Shown here: positions 24,547 through 36,857 of the stretch, piece by piece
How positions within the stretch are numbered: position 1 is the stretch's first letter
Layout of the letters: each line of letters starts with the position of its first letter
NCBI RefSeq assembly: GCF_006345805.1
Contig: NC_043002.1
Location: forward strand, 87,482,001-87,546,000
DNA length: 64,000 nt
Reading direction: 5' to 3'
Source: Octopus sinensis
Lineage: Eukaryota
Translations under genes and position numbers: made by a program
Notes under the pieces: model-generated
Told to the model about the DNA's origin: nothing
Seen by the model: the letters and a program-made list of their open reading frames with translations, nothing else
Databases searched by the model: none

Positions 24547-24596
24547 TGTTGTTGCAGATCAGCAGGGAGATTTGAATTCATTTCAGGGTGAAACGA
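24547..24596 (+). CDS. Candidate 50-nt exon (xVVADQQGDLNSFQGETx)
   Basis: Branch-like CTAAT ~20 nt upstream, T-rich tract, CAG acceptor at 24544-24546, donor GTATGT at 24597; open frame. Confidence 0.35.
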
Positions 24597-25325
24597 GTAT
24601 GTAATGCTGATGAGCAGAAATAACAGCAAAATATCGATATCCACCATTCTTATTCACCTCTGGGGAGATTCTTTTCGCCTGACTTTCAGATATAGTGTGT
24701 TATTTAAAATTCAACTCTTAAAATGACTTCCCCCGATAAAAATACTGCTGCTGAAAATCTTTGTACTCGCATTTAAAACGGGATATCAATAATATATGTG
24801 TGAATGTTATCTGTGTTTGTATATATATGTATGTATGCATTTGCTTATTTACATAAATATATTACTTTGATGAAATCATAGAGGTCATGACTTGAAAAGT
24901 GACGTATTCTCCTTTTCTCGAGTCATCAGTAAAACACACACAGTATATATATTTAAATGACTTCAATAAAACACTTTCAAAATGAAACAAATGTCTTCTT
25001 CAATTTACCTTTCTTTGTCTATTTGTTTTGTTTTGGTGCGGATGTAACTGTTTTCATTCGTATGTTATTGTGAGTAAATTTTGTAAGGTGAACTGAAGAT
25101 TTGAAATATGTTTACGTTTAAAACGGGAAGGATGCTGTTTACGTTCTACAACTTGTCACCGCTTACACGGCCGTTGGACAGAACCGCCAACACTTTCAAA
25201 GTATTATGCGTTTCATTTGTATGGAATTCTAATGCCGTCATACCTAATACATACATACATACATACGTATGCACATAAACACGTGTGTGTGTGTCTCTGT
25301 GTATAAATATATATATGTTAGTTAG

Positions 25326-25598
25326 TGACCCCCTTCGGTCAGACACTGACCATGGGTTTGCACCTAGAGAATTGCCCTCTGAGGCACAAGTCTGGGCAAG
25401 GTTGTTTTTTTTTATGGAAGACCAGCAGTCGCCCATGCATACCGGCCTCCCCTCTCCACGTCACCGATGTTGTCCAAGGGAAAGGCAAGGGCCGATACAG
25501 CTTAGCACCTGTGACGTCGCAACTCATTTCTACAGCTGAGTGAACTGGAGCAACATGAAATAAAGTGTCTTGCTCAAGAACACAACACGCAGACCGGT
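25326..25598 (-). mobile_element. SINE family C, head truncated
   Basis: Reverse complement of the body of 5700..5968. Confidence 0.8.
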
Positions 25599-25689
25599 CG
25601 ATACATATATATATATATATATATATAATATATATATATATATACATACATATGTATGTATGTAATATATATATATATGTATATATATA

Positions 25690-26770
25690 CTTTATTTAAA
25701 GCAGCAGAAAATTCAACAAAACCTGTTACTCTGAGTTTCCCGTTGCCGTTCATCGGACAGTTTTTGCTAGCAAAAACTGTCCGATGTCTTCTTCTATATA
25801 GGTGCGACCACTTCTCAGTTATCCAAGAGAATTTCCAATCACTATTCGACATTCAGAGATAGGAAAAAACGGCACAGTACAGGGCTAAGTAAATTAGTTT
25901 GGCGTCTTAAAGACAACAATATAACTTTCAAGTTGGATTGGTTCATATTGTCTGTATCCTTTCCTTTTGATAATGGCAGAAGATTTTGTAACATTTGTAA
26001 CTCTGGGCTCTTCCATATTCTTTTCGCTAAGGTTCCCCTAGTAAACACACTCATAGAAAAATCGTACAAATGTAAACATTGGCAGAAACACACTTTCCAC
26101 TCATATAAATGATAAAGATAGCCACTGTAGTTTTAACAATTAGCTTCACGTCCACACCACTGCCATAAAGAAATTCTTTCCTATGCCTCCGAACATTCTT
26201 TCAATCAACGTTCACTTCTTCTTCCCTACCTATTACTCCTTTATATATTCCATTGCTACTACATATCTTTGACGTATGTTCCTCTCTCTCTCTCTCTCAC
26301 ACACACAATCAAACACACAGACACAACTTTTCCCTTACTACTACGTATATTTGACGTATGTCTCTCTCTCACACACACAATCACACACACAGACACAAAT
26401 GCAGTTATATACACAAACACATACACACACACAAACACTCGCGCTCATTAACACAAGCACACACCTGCACATCTCCAAACATACAGCAAACATACTGTCC
26501 CCTACCTATTTTTACCTCCTCCTTCTACCCATTTTTGACGTCAATGCTTATAACAGATTTGAAAAAAAAACACACATTATCGCTGTGGTCACCATGTAGG
26601 CAATCATCGAAATTTTTGTTCGTCTTGTGGTTGAGAGAGGCTCCTTATCTTTCCTGTTGAGAAGATTGCATAACGCACCCTTTATTCCTTCGGAATAAAA
26701 ATATGCTGTCTTCGAAACATGTGTCGAGAGTAAAGGAATTTTGTTAACATCTTCGTTCGACTCCATTCTT
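25690..26770 (+). mobile_element. Penelope-like insertion: inverted pseudo-LTR piece, GIY-YIG C-terminal half, 3' region with hammerhead-like motif
   Basis: Met-less open frame 25795..26112 (105 codons): YIGATTSQLSKRISNHYSTF..STGLSKLVWRLKDNN..W.IL..FCNICN..KCKH. 36-bp perfect palindrome at 25751-25786. Hammerhead-like motifs at 25718-25765 (-) and 26649-26730 (+). Confidence 0.75.
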
Positions 26771-26772
26771 TC

Positions 26773-26813
<41 letters not shown>

Positions 26814-26906
26814 CACATGTATGCATGTAAATATATATACATACATACACATGTATGTAATGTAAATATGTATATATATATAGTATGTAATATATAATAT
26901 ATATAT

Positions 26907-26948
<42 letters not shown>

Positions 26949-27455
26949 TTATGAAGAAATTCGATGACCCAGGATCTATATATATATATATATATTTATA
27001 TGTGTATATATTTATCTAACACTGGACATACTTAGGATTACGGCCGTTTCGCGGCCTTCTTCATATAATAATTCCAATATGGAATAAACTTATGTTTACA
27101 TGCTTGCATTACATGCATGCCATATATTATACACTGCAAATTCATATTAAAAATTAATGGAAATAGGGAAAGCTAGGTCATCAGAGCACCAGACGAACAT
27201 GCCTGCTAGCAACGGTTCAAATCTAAGTATACATACAAAATTTTCTCTTTGTATAAAATATATAAAAGCCCTTCTTGGTTTTATCAGTAAAAATAAAGGT
27301 ATGTTGTTTCATATCAACTAAGGTGTTGGATAGAATTTCAAGGAGTTGACAATCCTTAATGTTAACAAAATAACAGGAAAGGATAAAAAGAGTAAATGAA
27401 GAAGCTAAAGTAAGTATAAAATAATATATAGTTTTAAAGAGTATATAAAATTATA

Positions 27456-27765
27456 TAGGTGCGGATGTGTTGTCAGAAGCTTGCACGTCGGCCACATGGT
27501 TCTGGATTCAGTCCCACTGTATAACACCTTCCGCCTATGGTCTGAAACAGCTGTAAGAAGTAGTTTATGAATTTCAATAATTTATGATATGACTTTTAAA
27601 ATATGTATTTGTATTATTTTTATTATTATATTACCTGTTGATTTATATAATGTGTGTTTGCTTTTGATGTTCTCACTTGTATAATTAATAAATAATGTAA
27701 AATTGTAATATCCGTAAGATGATGAACGAAATGAATTTGTTTCTCCATTTTCTTATTTGTATTAT

Positions 27766-27821
<56 letters not shown>

Positions 27822-27893
27822 GTAAATCCAAAAGAAGGACAAAAACAAAGAAGAACGCGAGGACGTAGTACATGTAATGTATTAGCAGACGCT

Positions 27894-27943
<50 letters not shown>

Positions 27944-28190
27944 TGTGTGTGTAGGTGTGTGTGTTTGTGTATTATATCTGTGTGTATTTGTGTCTCTGTT
28001 TGTCCCACCTCCTTTTGACAAATAGTGTTGGTATGTTTACGTCCTCATATTTAACGGTTTGGCAAAAAGGACCGATAGAATAAGTACAAGGCTTTAAAAA
28101 GGTCCTGGGGTTGATTTGTTCGACTAAAACCCTACAAGTCGGTGCCCCAGAATGGCCGTAGTCAAATGACTGAAACAAGTAAAGGATAAA
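27456..28190 (+). mobile_element. SINE family A split into head (27456-27545) and tail (27985-28190)
   Basis: Similarity to 37017..37404. Confidence 0.55.
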
Positions 28191-28496
28191 AGATAAAGGA
28201 CATGCTTTCTCTCTCTCTCTGATACACACACACATACACACACACTCGCGCACACACACTCACACGCACACACACACACACACAGACTCACACACTCACG
28301 CGGGCACATGACGCGTACTTACGTAATTTCATTGAACGGGCGTCTGGATTTCAGCTGCATGGAGACTCTGCATTACACTTCTCTGAATTGGATTACTACG
28401 TGGTCTAATATCTTATACTACAAATTTTATACTCACATACACAAACACACAGACACACAGACACACACACACACACACACACACAAACATATATAT

Positions 28497-28730
28497 ATTT
28501 TTCTTTACTACCCACAAAGGGCTAAACACAGAGGAGACAAACATGGACAGACAAACGGATTAAGTCGATTACATCGACCCCAGTGCCTAACTGGTACTTA
28601 ATTTACTGACCCCGAAAGGATGAAAAGCAAAGTCGACCTCGGCGGAATTTGAACACACAACATAACGGTAGACGAAATACGGCTACGCATTTCGCCCGGC
28701 GTTCTAACGTTTCTGCCAGCTCGCCGCCTT
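28497..28730 (-). mobile_element. SINE family B (Meta-domain-like)
   Basis: Colinear with 13562..13793. Confidence 0.8.
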
Positions 28731-28734
28731 CACA

Positions 28735-28778
<44 letters not shown>

Positions 28779-29490
28779 GGACATGTATTTAGTATATGTG
28801 CACGTGCACACACACATAGACACACACGCCCACAAAGACACAGGCACAGAACCACACATTCACACATGCATACACACACACGCACACGCGCACACACAAA
28901 CATAACGGTCTCATCGTCTTACTAACAATAACAACAAGCCGACCTCTGCCTGTCAACGTGCGTTGGCGTGGAAAGCACGTGGTTTGTGAATGCACCGATG
29001 TATTACATAACAGTAGAACGATTTCTAATGTGAAAACAACATTGAAAACGCAGAAAATGCCTTGAAGGCCAATGACACTGTTGGCACTAAACGCATGTTA
29101 TTTGTCTCATCAGACATTCCTTATTTCCTAACAATTATTTCTCACAATTATCTCATGATTTAACATCATACAGCAGTGATCTTAGTCATCTTCGCGGATA
29201 CCACATATGCACATAATACATGACACATTCAAAATTAACCTACATAACGTATGAAACCAGGAATCACACACACACGCACACACACACATATGTATATGTA
29301 TATATATGTAATATAATAATAATAGTAAATAATTCCTATAATGGTTTTTTCTAAAAAAAAACCAACAATTTTTTACTGGTAGAATTCGGTATGTAAATAT
29401 AACCGATTAACGGTAGGAACTTCTGTAAAGTTCAATATATATATTGTATATGTTGCCTGCCCCTTTTATTTATATGTATATATATGTATA

Positions 29491-29537
<47 letters not shown>

Positions 29538-29539
29538 CG

Positions 29540-31547
29540 GGTAGCTTTATGAAAATAAACAAAAGACGAAGGAAGGTGGAAAAACAACGAACAATTGTAT
29601 TAGTATGGCGCTCAGGAAATATAATATAAATAAAAAAGTCTTTAACGTTTCGAGCCTACGCTCTTCAACAGAAAGATACACAGAGAGAGAAAAACACAGA
29701 AGAGGAGGAGAGAAAAAGAATGCGCTGCAGTAGCTAACGAATCAACATGGCGATCTGATTTCGGCCAGAGGTCAAAGTTCAAACATGAGACGCGAGGAGC
29801 GAAATAAGGGAGATATAGGGTTGATAAAAGGGTTGAGGGACCAGCTAAAGTGCGTGGGAGGGGTCGGATGTGTGTATGTATAGGTTGGTGTATGTATTAG
29901 TAGTATAAGGGGTGTGTGTGTGTGTGTGTGTATGAGAGAGTATTAGTGCGTAGGATTGGTCTGGACGTGCGTATGTATGGGGTTGGTGTATGTATTAGTA
30001 TGTATTAGTATGTATTAGTTGGTGTGGTATTAGTATGGCACATCATATGTGATGTGATGTGTAAAGTCATGTGGTGTAGTGAGGAGAGAGAGGGGGAGGG
30101 GGAGAAGAGGGGGAGAGAAGGGGAGGGGAAGAAGAGGAGGAGGAGAAGGGGGAAGAGGAGAGGATGGGGGAGAAGGAAGGGGAGGAGGGGGATGAAGGAG
30201 GAAAGAGGGGAGGGGGAGAGAGAATGGGAGAGAGGGAGCAGAGGGAAGGGGAAGAGGGAGGGAGAAAGAGGGAAGAAGGGAAGGGGAGTAGGGGTGAAAG
30301 AAAGATGAAGGATGAAGAAAGAAGTAGGGGTCGGGGAAGAAAGGATAGGTGAGGAGGGGGAGAGGGGGGTTAGATGAGGAGGGGGGAGAGTTGAGACCAA
30401 ATGGCGTATAAGAGCGAAGAGAGAAGATTAATTCCTGTTCACGGCGCAAACGGGAATCCGGATGGCCTCTGTGTAAGGACAAACCGAACACAGATAGGTG
30501 TTGCAAGGAGTGACCGTGGAGCGGAAATGGCGTGAGACCGGTGTGTCGTTCGCAAGGTGGATGTCACGAAGGTGTTCCGCGAACCGGTCAGCCAAGCGGC
30601 GTCCCGTTTGTCCGATGTACAAGGAATTGCAGAGAGAGCAAGAGTGCAATAGATAATATTGCTGGAGGTGCAGGTGAAGGAGTGGATGATGGGATAGGGT
30701 CGATGGTGGGTGCTAGTGAGGCGGGTGGTGTTGGAGAGGTAAGGGCAAGTGCGGCAACGTGGGCGGGAGCAGGGGAACGAGCCGGGTTGGGAGGTAGGGT
30801 CAGGGAAGGAGCTATGGACCAAAAGGTCTCGAAGGTTGTGGGCTCGTTTGAAAGAGGGGAGGGGTCGGTTAGGGAAGAGGTGTTGAAAGTGGACGCGGTC
30901 GGACTGGAGATGACGGAAAGCTCGAAGAATGGTGCGTTGGAGACGTAGGGTCGTGGGGTGGTAAGTGAGGGGAAAGGAGGGCGGGAGACTACAGGGCGGG
31001 TTCGGGGGGAGAGAGAGAGCAGATACACGGTCCACAGACGTGCTCTGGCAAGGGCGGTGTGGATAGTGGTGAGGGGGTATCCACGTAGGGTGAAGTGGTG
31101 AGCCATACGTTGAGACTGAGTCTCAAAGTCATGGTCGTCACTACAGAGCCTACGTAGACGGAGGAATTGGGAATAGGGGATGGAAAGCTTGGTGTGTTCT
31201 GGGTGGGAGGAAGAGAAGTTGAGGTATGAGTGTGAGTCTGTGTGTTTGTAGTGAATGGAGGTGGTAAGAGTGGAGTGAAGGATGCTAACCGAAATGTCGA
31301 GGAAGGAGACAGAGGTGTTGGAGATAGTGGAAGTGAAGTGGAGGGCTGGATGGAAAGATTGGACGAAAGAGAGGAAGGAATCTAGATGTTCGCGGGAGAG
31401 TGAGGTGGCACCGATAATGTCGTCATATAACGACCATATAGTTCAGGAGTGGACCAGTGAATTAGAGAATATTTGGGCCTCAACATAGCAAACGAACAGG
31501 TTCGCATAGTTGGGGCCCATTCGCGTTCCCATGGCCACTCCCGAGAC
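29540..31547 (-). mobile_element. 5'-truncated Penelope-like retroelement (RT C-terminal half plus GIY-YIG endonuclease plus pseudo-LTR), frameshifted
   Basis: GVAMGTRMGPNYANLF, RY(I)DDI (1-nt deletion), VSFLDI, YK.TDSHSYL..SSHP..K.SIPYSQFLRLRRLCS, RGYP, CSRPRCRTC, NIIYC, LYIGQTGRRLADRFAEH, LRREQELIFSL..P.GLN. Hammerhead-like motif at 29639-29676. Confidence 0.9.
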
Positions 31548-31568
31548 ATATATATATATATATATATA

Positions 31569-31960
31569 CTAGCAGTATCGCCCGGCGTTGCTCGGGTTTG
31601 TAAGGGAAATAACTATATAAGCATTTTTAGAGAGTTACTTCCCTTATAGATGCCAATTCGGGCTTTCTTAGCCATTTCTGTTTTGGTGTCTTCAAGCCAT
31701 GAAGTCGTTGTTCTAAAAGAACGCTGGTCTCCTTGACAACGCTTTACGACGTTGATTTCTTTACACTCCCTTCCCCACAGCTTCACGAGGGAAGGAAGAA
31801 GGGGGAGAAGCAAACACTGGTGCAGGTGTTTGAGCGTGGACGCCAACTCCGCCGCCATCGACACACGAAAAATTAGGCATTAAAATGGAATAAAAAATGA
31901 TGTTAAATTATTTTTAAAATCGTAGACTCATCGTAGACGCGCGCTAATACTCAGACGGGC
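31569..31960 (-). mobile_element. Non-autonomous Helitron, 3' portion
   Basis: CCCG/CGGG hairpin at 31581-31596, then CTAG|T at 31569. Body shares atcgtagactcatcgtagacgcgcgctaatac with 37605-37640. Confidence 0.75.
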
Positions 31961-34900
31961 TCTTTCGGTAACCCTTTGGTCTCTCTCGGCACCCCTCTTT
32001 GATCTCTGTCGGCACCCCTCTTTGATCTCTGTCGGAACCCCCTTTGATCTCTGTCGGCACCCCTCTTTGATCTCTGTCGGCACCCCCTTTGATCTCTGTC
32101 GGCACCCCATTGATCTCTGTCGGCACCCTCTTTGATCCTTGTCGGCACCCTTCTTTGATCTCTATCGGCACCCCTCTTTGATCTCTTTCGGCACCCCTCT
32201 TTGATCTCTGTCGGCACCCCCTTTGATCTCTGTCGGCACCCCCTTTGATCTCTGTGCATCCCTCTTTGATCTCTGTCGACACCCCTCTTTGATCTCTGTC
32301 GGCATCCCTCTTTGATCTCTGTCGGTACCCCTCTTTGATCTCTGTCGGCACCCCCTTTGATCTGTGTACACCCCGTTTGATCTCTGTCGGCACCCGTCTT
32401 TGATCTCTGTCGGCACCCCTCTTTGATCTCTGTCGGCACCCCTTTGATCTCTGTCGACACCCCTCTTTGATCTCTGTGCATCCCTCTTTGATCTCTGTCG
32501 ACACCCCTCTTTGATCTCTGTCGGCATCCCTCTTTGATCTCTGTCGGTACCCCTCTTTGATCTCTGTCGGTACCCCTCTTTGATCTCTGTCGGCACCCCC
32601 TTTGATCTCTGTACACCCCGTTTGATCTCTGTCGGCACCCGTCTTTGATCTCTGTCGGCACCCCTCTTTGATCTCTGTCGGCACCCCTTTGATCTCTTTC
32701 GACACCCCTCTTTGATCTCTGTCGGCACCCCTCTTTGATCTCTGTCGGCACCCCTCTTTGATCTCTGTCGGTACCCCTCTTTGATCTCTGTCGGCACCCT
32801 CTTTTATCTCTGTAGGTACCCCTCTTTGTTCTCTGTCGGCACACCCTTTGATCTCTGTCGGTACCCCTCTTTGATCTATGTCGGCACCCCCTTTGATCTC
32901 TGTCGGCACCCCTCTTTGATCTCCGTTGACACCCACTTTCATCTCTGTCGGCACCCTATTGATCTCTGTCGGCACCCTCTTTGATCCTTGTCGGCACCCT
33001 TCTTTGATCTCTATCGGCACCCCTTTTTGATCTGTGTCGGCACCCCTTTTGATCTCTGTCGGCACTCCCTTTGATCTCTGTGCATCCCTCTTTGATCTCT
33101 GTCGGCACACCCTTTGATCTCTGTCGGCAAACCCTTTGATCTACGTGCATCCCTCTTTGATCTCTGTGCATCCCTCTTTGATCTCTGTCGGCATTCCTCT
33201 TTGATCTCTGTCGGCACCCCTCTTTGATATCTGTCGGTACCCCTCTTTGATCTCTGTCGGCACCCCTTTGATCTCTGTACACCCCCTTTGATATTTGGCG
33301 GCACCCGTCTTTGATCTCTGTCGGCACCCTCTTTGATCTCTTTCGGCACCCCTCTTTGATCTCTGTCGGCACCCCTCTTTGATCTCTGTCGGCACCCTCT
33401 TTGATTCCTGTCGGCACCCCTCTTTGATCTATGTCGGCACCCGTCTTTGATCTCTGTCGGCACCCTCTTTGATTGCTGTCGGCACCCCTCTTTGATCTCT
33501 GTCGGCACCCATTTGATCTCTGTCGGCATCCCTCTTTGATCCCTGTCGACACCCCTCTTTGATCTCTGTCGGCACCCCCTTTGATCTTTGTCAGCACCCC
33601 TCTTTGATCTCTGTCGGCACCCACTTTGATCTCTGTCGGCACCCTTTTTAACCTCTGTCGGAACCCCTCTTTGATCTCTGTCGGCACCCCCTTTGATCTC
33701 TGTCGGCACCCCTCTTTGATCTCTGTTGGCACCCCCTTTCATCTCTGTCGGCACCCCATTGATCTCTGTCGGCACCCTCTTTGATCCTTGTCGGCACCCT
33801 TCTTTGATCTCTATCGGCACCCCTTTTGATCTCTTTCGGCACCCCTCTTTGATCTCTGTCGGCACCCCTTTGATCTCTGTCGGCACTCATTTTGATCTAT
33901 GTGCATCCCTCTTTGATCTCTGTCGGCACCCCACTTTGATCTCTGTCAGCACCCCTCTTTGATCTCTGTCGGAACCCCCTTTGATCTCTGTCGGCACCCC
34001 TCTTTGATCTCTGTCGGCACCCCACTTTGATATCTGTCGGCACCCCTCTTTGATCTCTTTTATATCTTTTGCTCACCCTTTTTGATCTTTAGTGGCACCT
34101 CCTTTGATCTCTATCAGCACCCCTCTTTGATCTTTGTCGGCACCCTCTTTCGTCTCTGTCGGCACCCCCTTTGATCTCTGTCGGTACCCCTTTGCTCTCT
34201 GTCGGCACCTCTCTTTGATTTCTGTCGGCACCTCAATTGATCTCTGTCGGCACCCTCTTTGATCTATGTCGGCATCCCTCTTTGATCTCTGTCGGCACCC
34301 CTTTTTGATCTCTTTCGGCACCCCTCTTTGGTCTCTGTCGGCACCCCCTTTGATCTCTGTCGGCACCCCTCTTTGATCTCTGTCGGCACCTCCCTTTGAT
34401 TTCTGTCGGCACCCCTCTTTGATCTCTGTCGGCACCCCCTATGATCTCTGTCGGCACCCCCTTTGATCTCTGTGCATCCCTCTTTGATCTTTGTGCATCC
34501 CTCTTTGATCTCTGTCGGCACCCCTCTTTGATCTCTGTCGGCACCCCTTTGATCTCTGTCGGCACCCCCTTTGATCTCTGTGCATCCCTCTTTGATCTTT
34601 GTGCATCCCTCTTTGATCTCTGTCGGCACCCCTCTTTGATCTCTGTCGGCATCCCCCTTTGATCTCTGTCGGCACCCCTCTATGAATTCTGTCGGTACCC
34701 CTCTTTGATCTCTGTCGGCAACACTTTGATCTCTGTACACCCCTTTTGATATCTGTCTACACCCGTCTTTGATCTCTGTCGGCACCCTCTTTGATCTCTG
34801 TCGGCACCCCCTTTGATCTTTGTCAGCACCCCTCTTTGGTCTCTGTCGGCACCCCCTTTGATCTCTGTCAGCTCCCTTTTTGATCTCTGTCGGCACCCCT

Positions 34901-36857
34901 CTTTGATCTCTGTCGACACTATCTTTGGTCTCTTTCGGCACCCCCTTTGATCTCTGTCGGCACCCCTCTTTGATCTCTGTCGGCACCTCTCTTGGATCTC
35001 TGTGCATCCCTCTTTGATCTCTGTCGGCACCCCTCTTTGATCTCTGTCAGCACCCCTCTTTGATCTCTGTCGGCACCCCTTTTGATCTCTGTCGGCACCC
35101 CTCTTTGATCTCTGTCGGCACCCCAGTTTGATATCTGTCGGCACCCCTCTTTGATCTCTTTTATATCTTTCGGCACCATTTTTGATCTCTGGCGGCACCT
35201 CCTTTGATCTCTATCAGCACCCCTGTTTGATCTTTGTCGGCACCCTCTTTGGTCTCTGTCGGCACCCCCTTTGATCTCTGTCGGCACCCCTTTGCTCTCT
35301 GTCGGCACCTCTCTTTGATTTCTGTCGGCACCCCAATTGATCTCTGTCGGCACCCTCTTTGATCTATGTCGGCATCCCTCTTTGATCTCTGTCGGCACCC
35401 CTTTTTGATCTCTGTCGGCACCCCTCTTTGATCTCTTTTATATCTTTCGGAACCCTTTTTGATCTCTGTCGGCACCTCTCCTTGATTTCTGTCGGCACCC
35501 CCATTGATCTCTGTTGGTACCCCTCTTTGATCTCTGTCGGCACCCTCTTTTATCTCTGTCGATACCCCTCTTTGGTCTCTGTCGGTACCCTCTTTGATCT
35601 CTGTCGGCCTCCATCTTTGATCTCTGTCGGCACTCCTCTTTGATCTCTGTCGGCACACCCTTTGATCTCTGTCGGCACCCCTCTTTGATCTCTGTCGAAA
35701 CCCAATCTTTGATCTCTGTCGGCACCCCTTTGATCTTTGTCAGCACCCCTCTTTGGTCTCTGTCGGCACCCCTTTGATCTCTGTCAGCATCCTTTTTGAT
35801 CTCTTTCGGCACCCCTCTTCGATCTCTGTCGACACTCTCTTTGGTCTCTGTCGGCACCCCCTTTGATCTCTGTCGGCACCCCTCTTTGATCTCTGTCGGC
35901 ACCTCCCTTTGATTTCTGTCGGCACCCTCTTTGATCTCTGTCGGCACCCCTCTTTGATCTCTGTCGGCACCCCTTTGATCTCTGTCGGCACCCCCTTTGA
36001 TCTCTGTGCATCCCTCTTTGATCTTTGTGCATCCCTCTTTGATCTCTGTCGGCACCCCTCTTTGATCTCTGTCGGCATTCCTCTTTGATCTCTGTCGGCA
36101 CCCCTCTATGAATTCTGTCGGTACCCCTCTTTGATCTCTGTCGGCAACACTTTGATCTCTGTACACCCTTTGATATCTGTCTGCACCGTCTTTGATCTCT
36201 GTCGGCACCCTCTTGATCTCTGTCGGCACCGTCACACACCCCCTTTGATCTCTGTCAGCACCCCTTTGATCTCTGTGCATCCCCATTAATCTCTGTCGGC
36301 ACTCTCTTTGATCTCTGTCGGCACCCCTTTGATCTCTGTCGGCACCCCTCTTTGATTCCTGTCGGCACCCTCTTTGATTCCTGTCGGCACCCCTTTTTGA
36401 TCTATGTCGGCACCCCTCTTTGATCTCTGTCGGCACCCTCTTTGATTGCTGTCGGCACCCCTCTTTGATCTCTGTCGGCACTCCCTTTGATCTCTGTCGG
36501 CACCCTCTTTGATCTCTGTCGACACCCCTCTTTGGTCTCTGTCGACACCCCCTTTGATCTTTGTCAGCACCCCTCTTTGATCTCTGTCGGCACCCACTTT
36601 GATCTCTGTCGACACCCCTCTTTGATTTCTGTCGGGACCTCCATTGATCTCTGTCGGCACCCCTCTTTGATCTCTGTCGGCACCCCTTTGATCTCTGTCG
36701 GCACCCTCTTTGCTCTCTGTCGGCAACCCCTTCGATCTCTGTCGACACCTTCTTTGATCTCTGTCGGCACCCCTCTTTGATCTCTGTCGGTACCCCTCTT
36801 TGATCTCTGTCGGCACCCCTCTTTGATCTCTGTCGGCACCCCTCTTTGATCTCTGAG
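31960..36857. repeat. ~4.9-kb tandem array, 20-23-bp unit, consensus TCGGCACCCCTCTTTGATCTCTG, with higher-order duplications
   Basis: Direct reading. About 220 units (length/22 estimate); edges degenerate. Confidence 0.97.

Noticed and set aside
24606-24625. CTGATGAG..GAAA near the candidate exon
   Set aside because: No stem II, stem I or cleavage triplet.
27036-27070. Hammerhead-like ATGAAGA..GAA-ACGGCCGT-A on the minus strand
   Set aside because: C3 is lost and stems I and II are too weak; only the palindromic stem III remains.
28925-29027. Possible minus-strand exon (IVLLLCNTSVHSQTTCFPRQ...)
   Set aside because: Isolated, with no compatible partner exon found; chance splice-like sites are common in this AT-rich DNA.
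31960-36857. CRISPR-like appearance of the regular GATC-containing repeat
   Set aside because: There are no unique spacers and no cas genes, and the context is eukaryotic; it is a simple tandem array.
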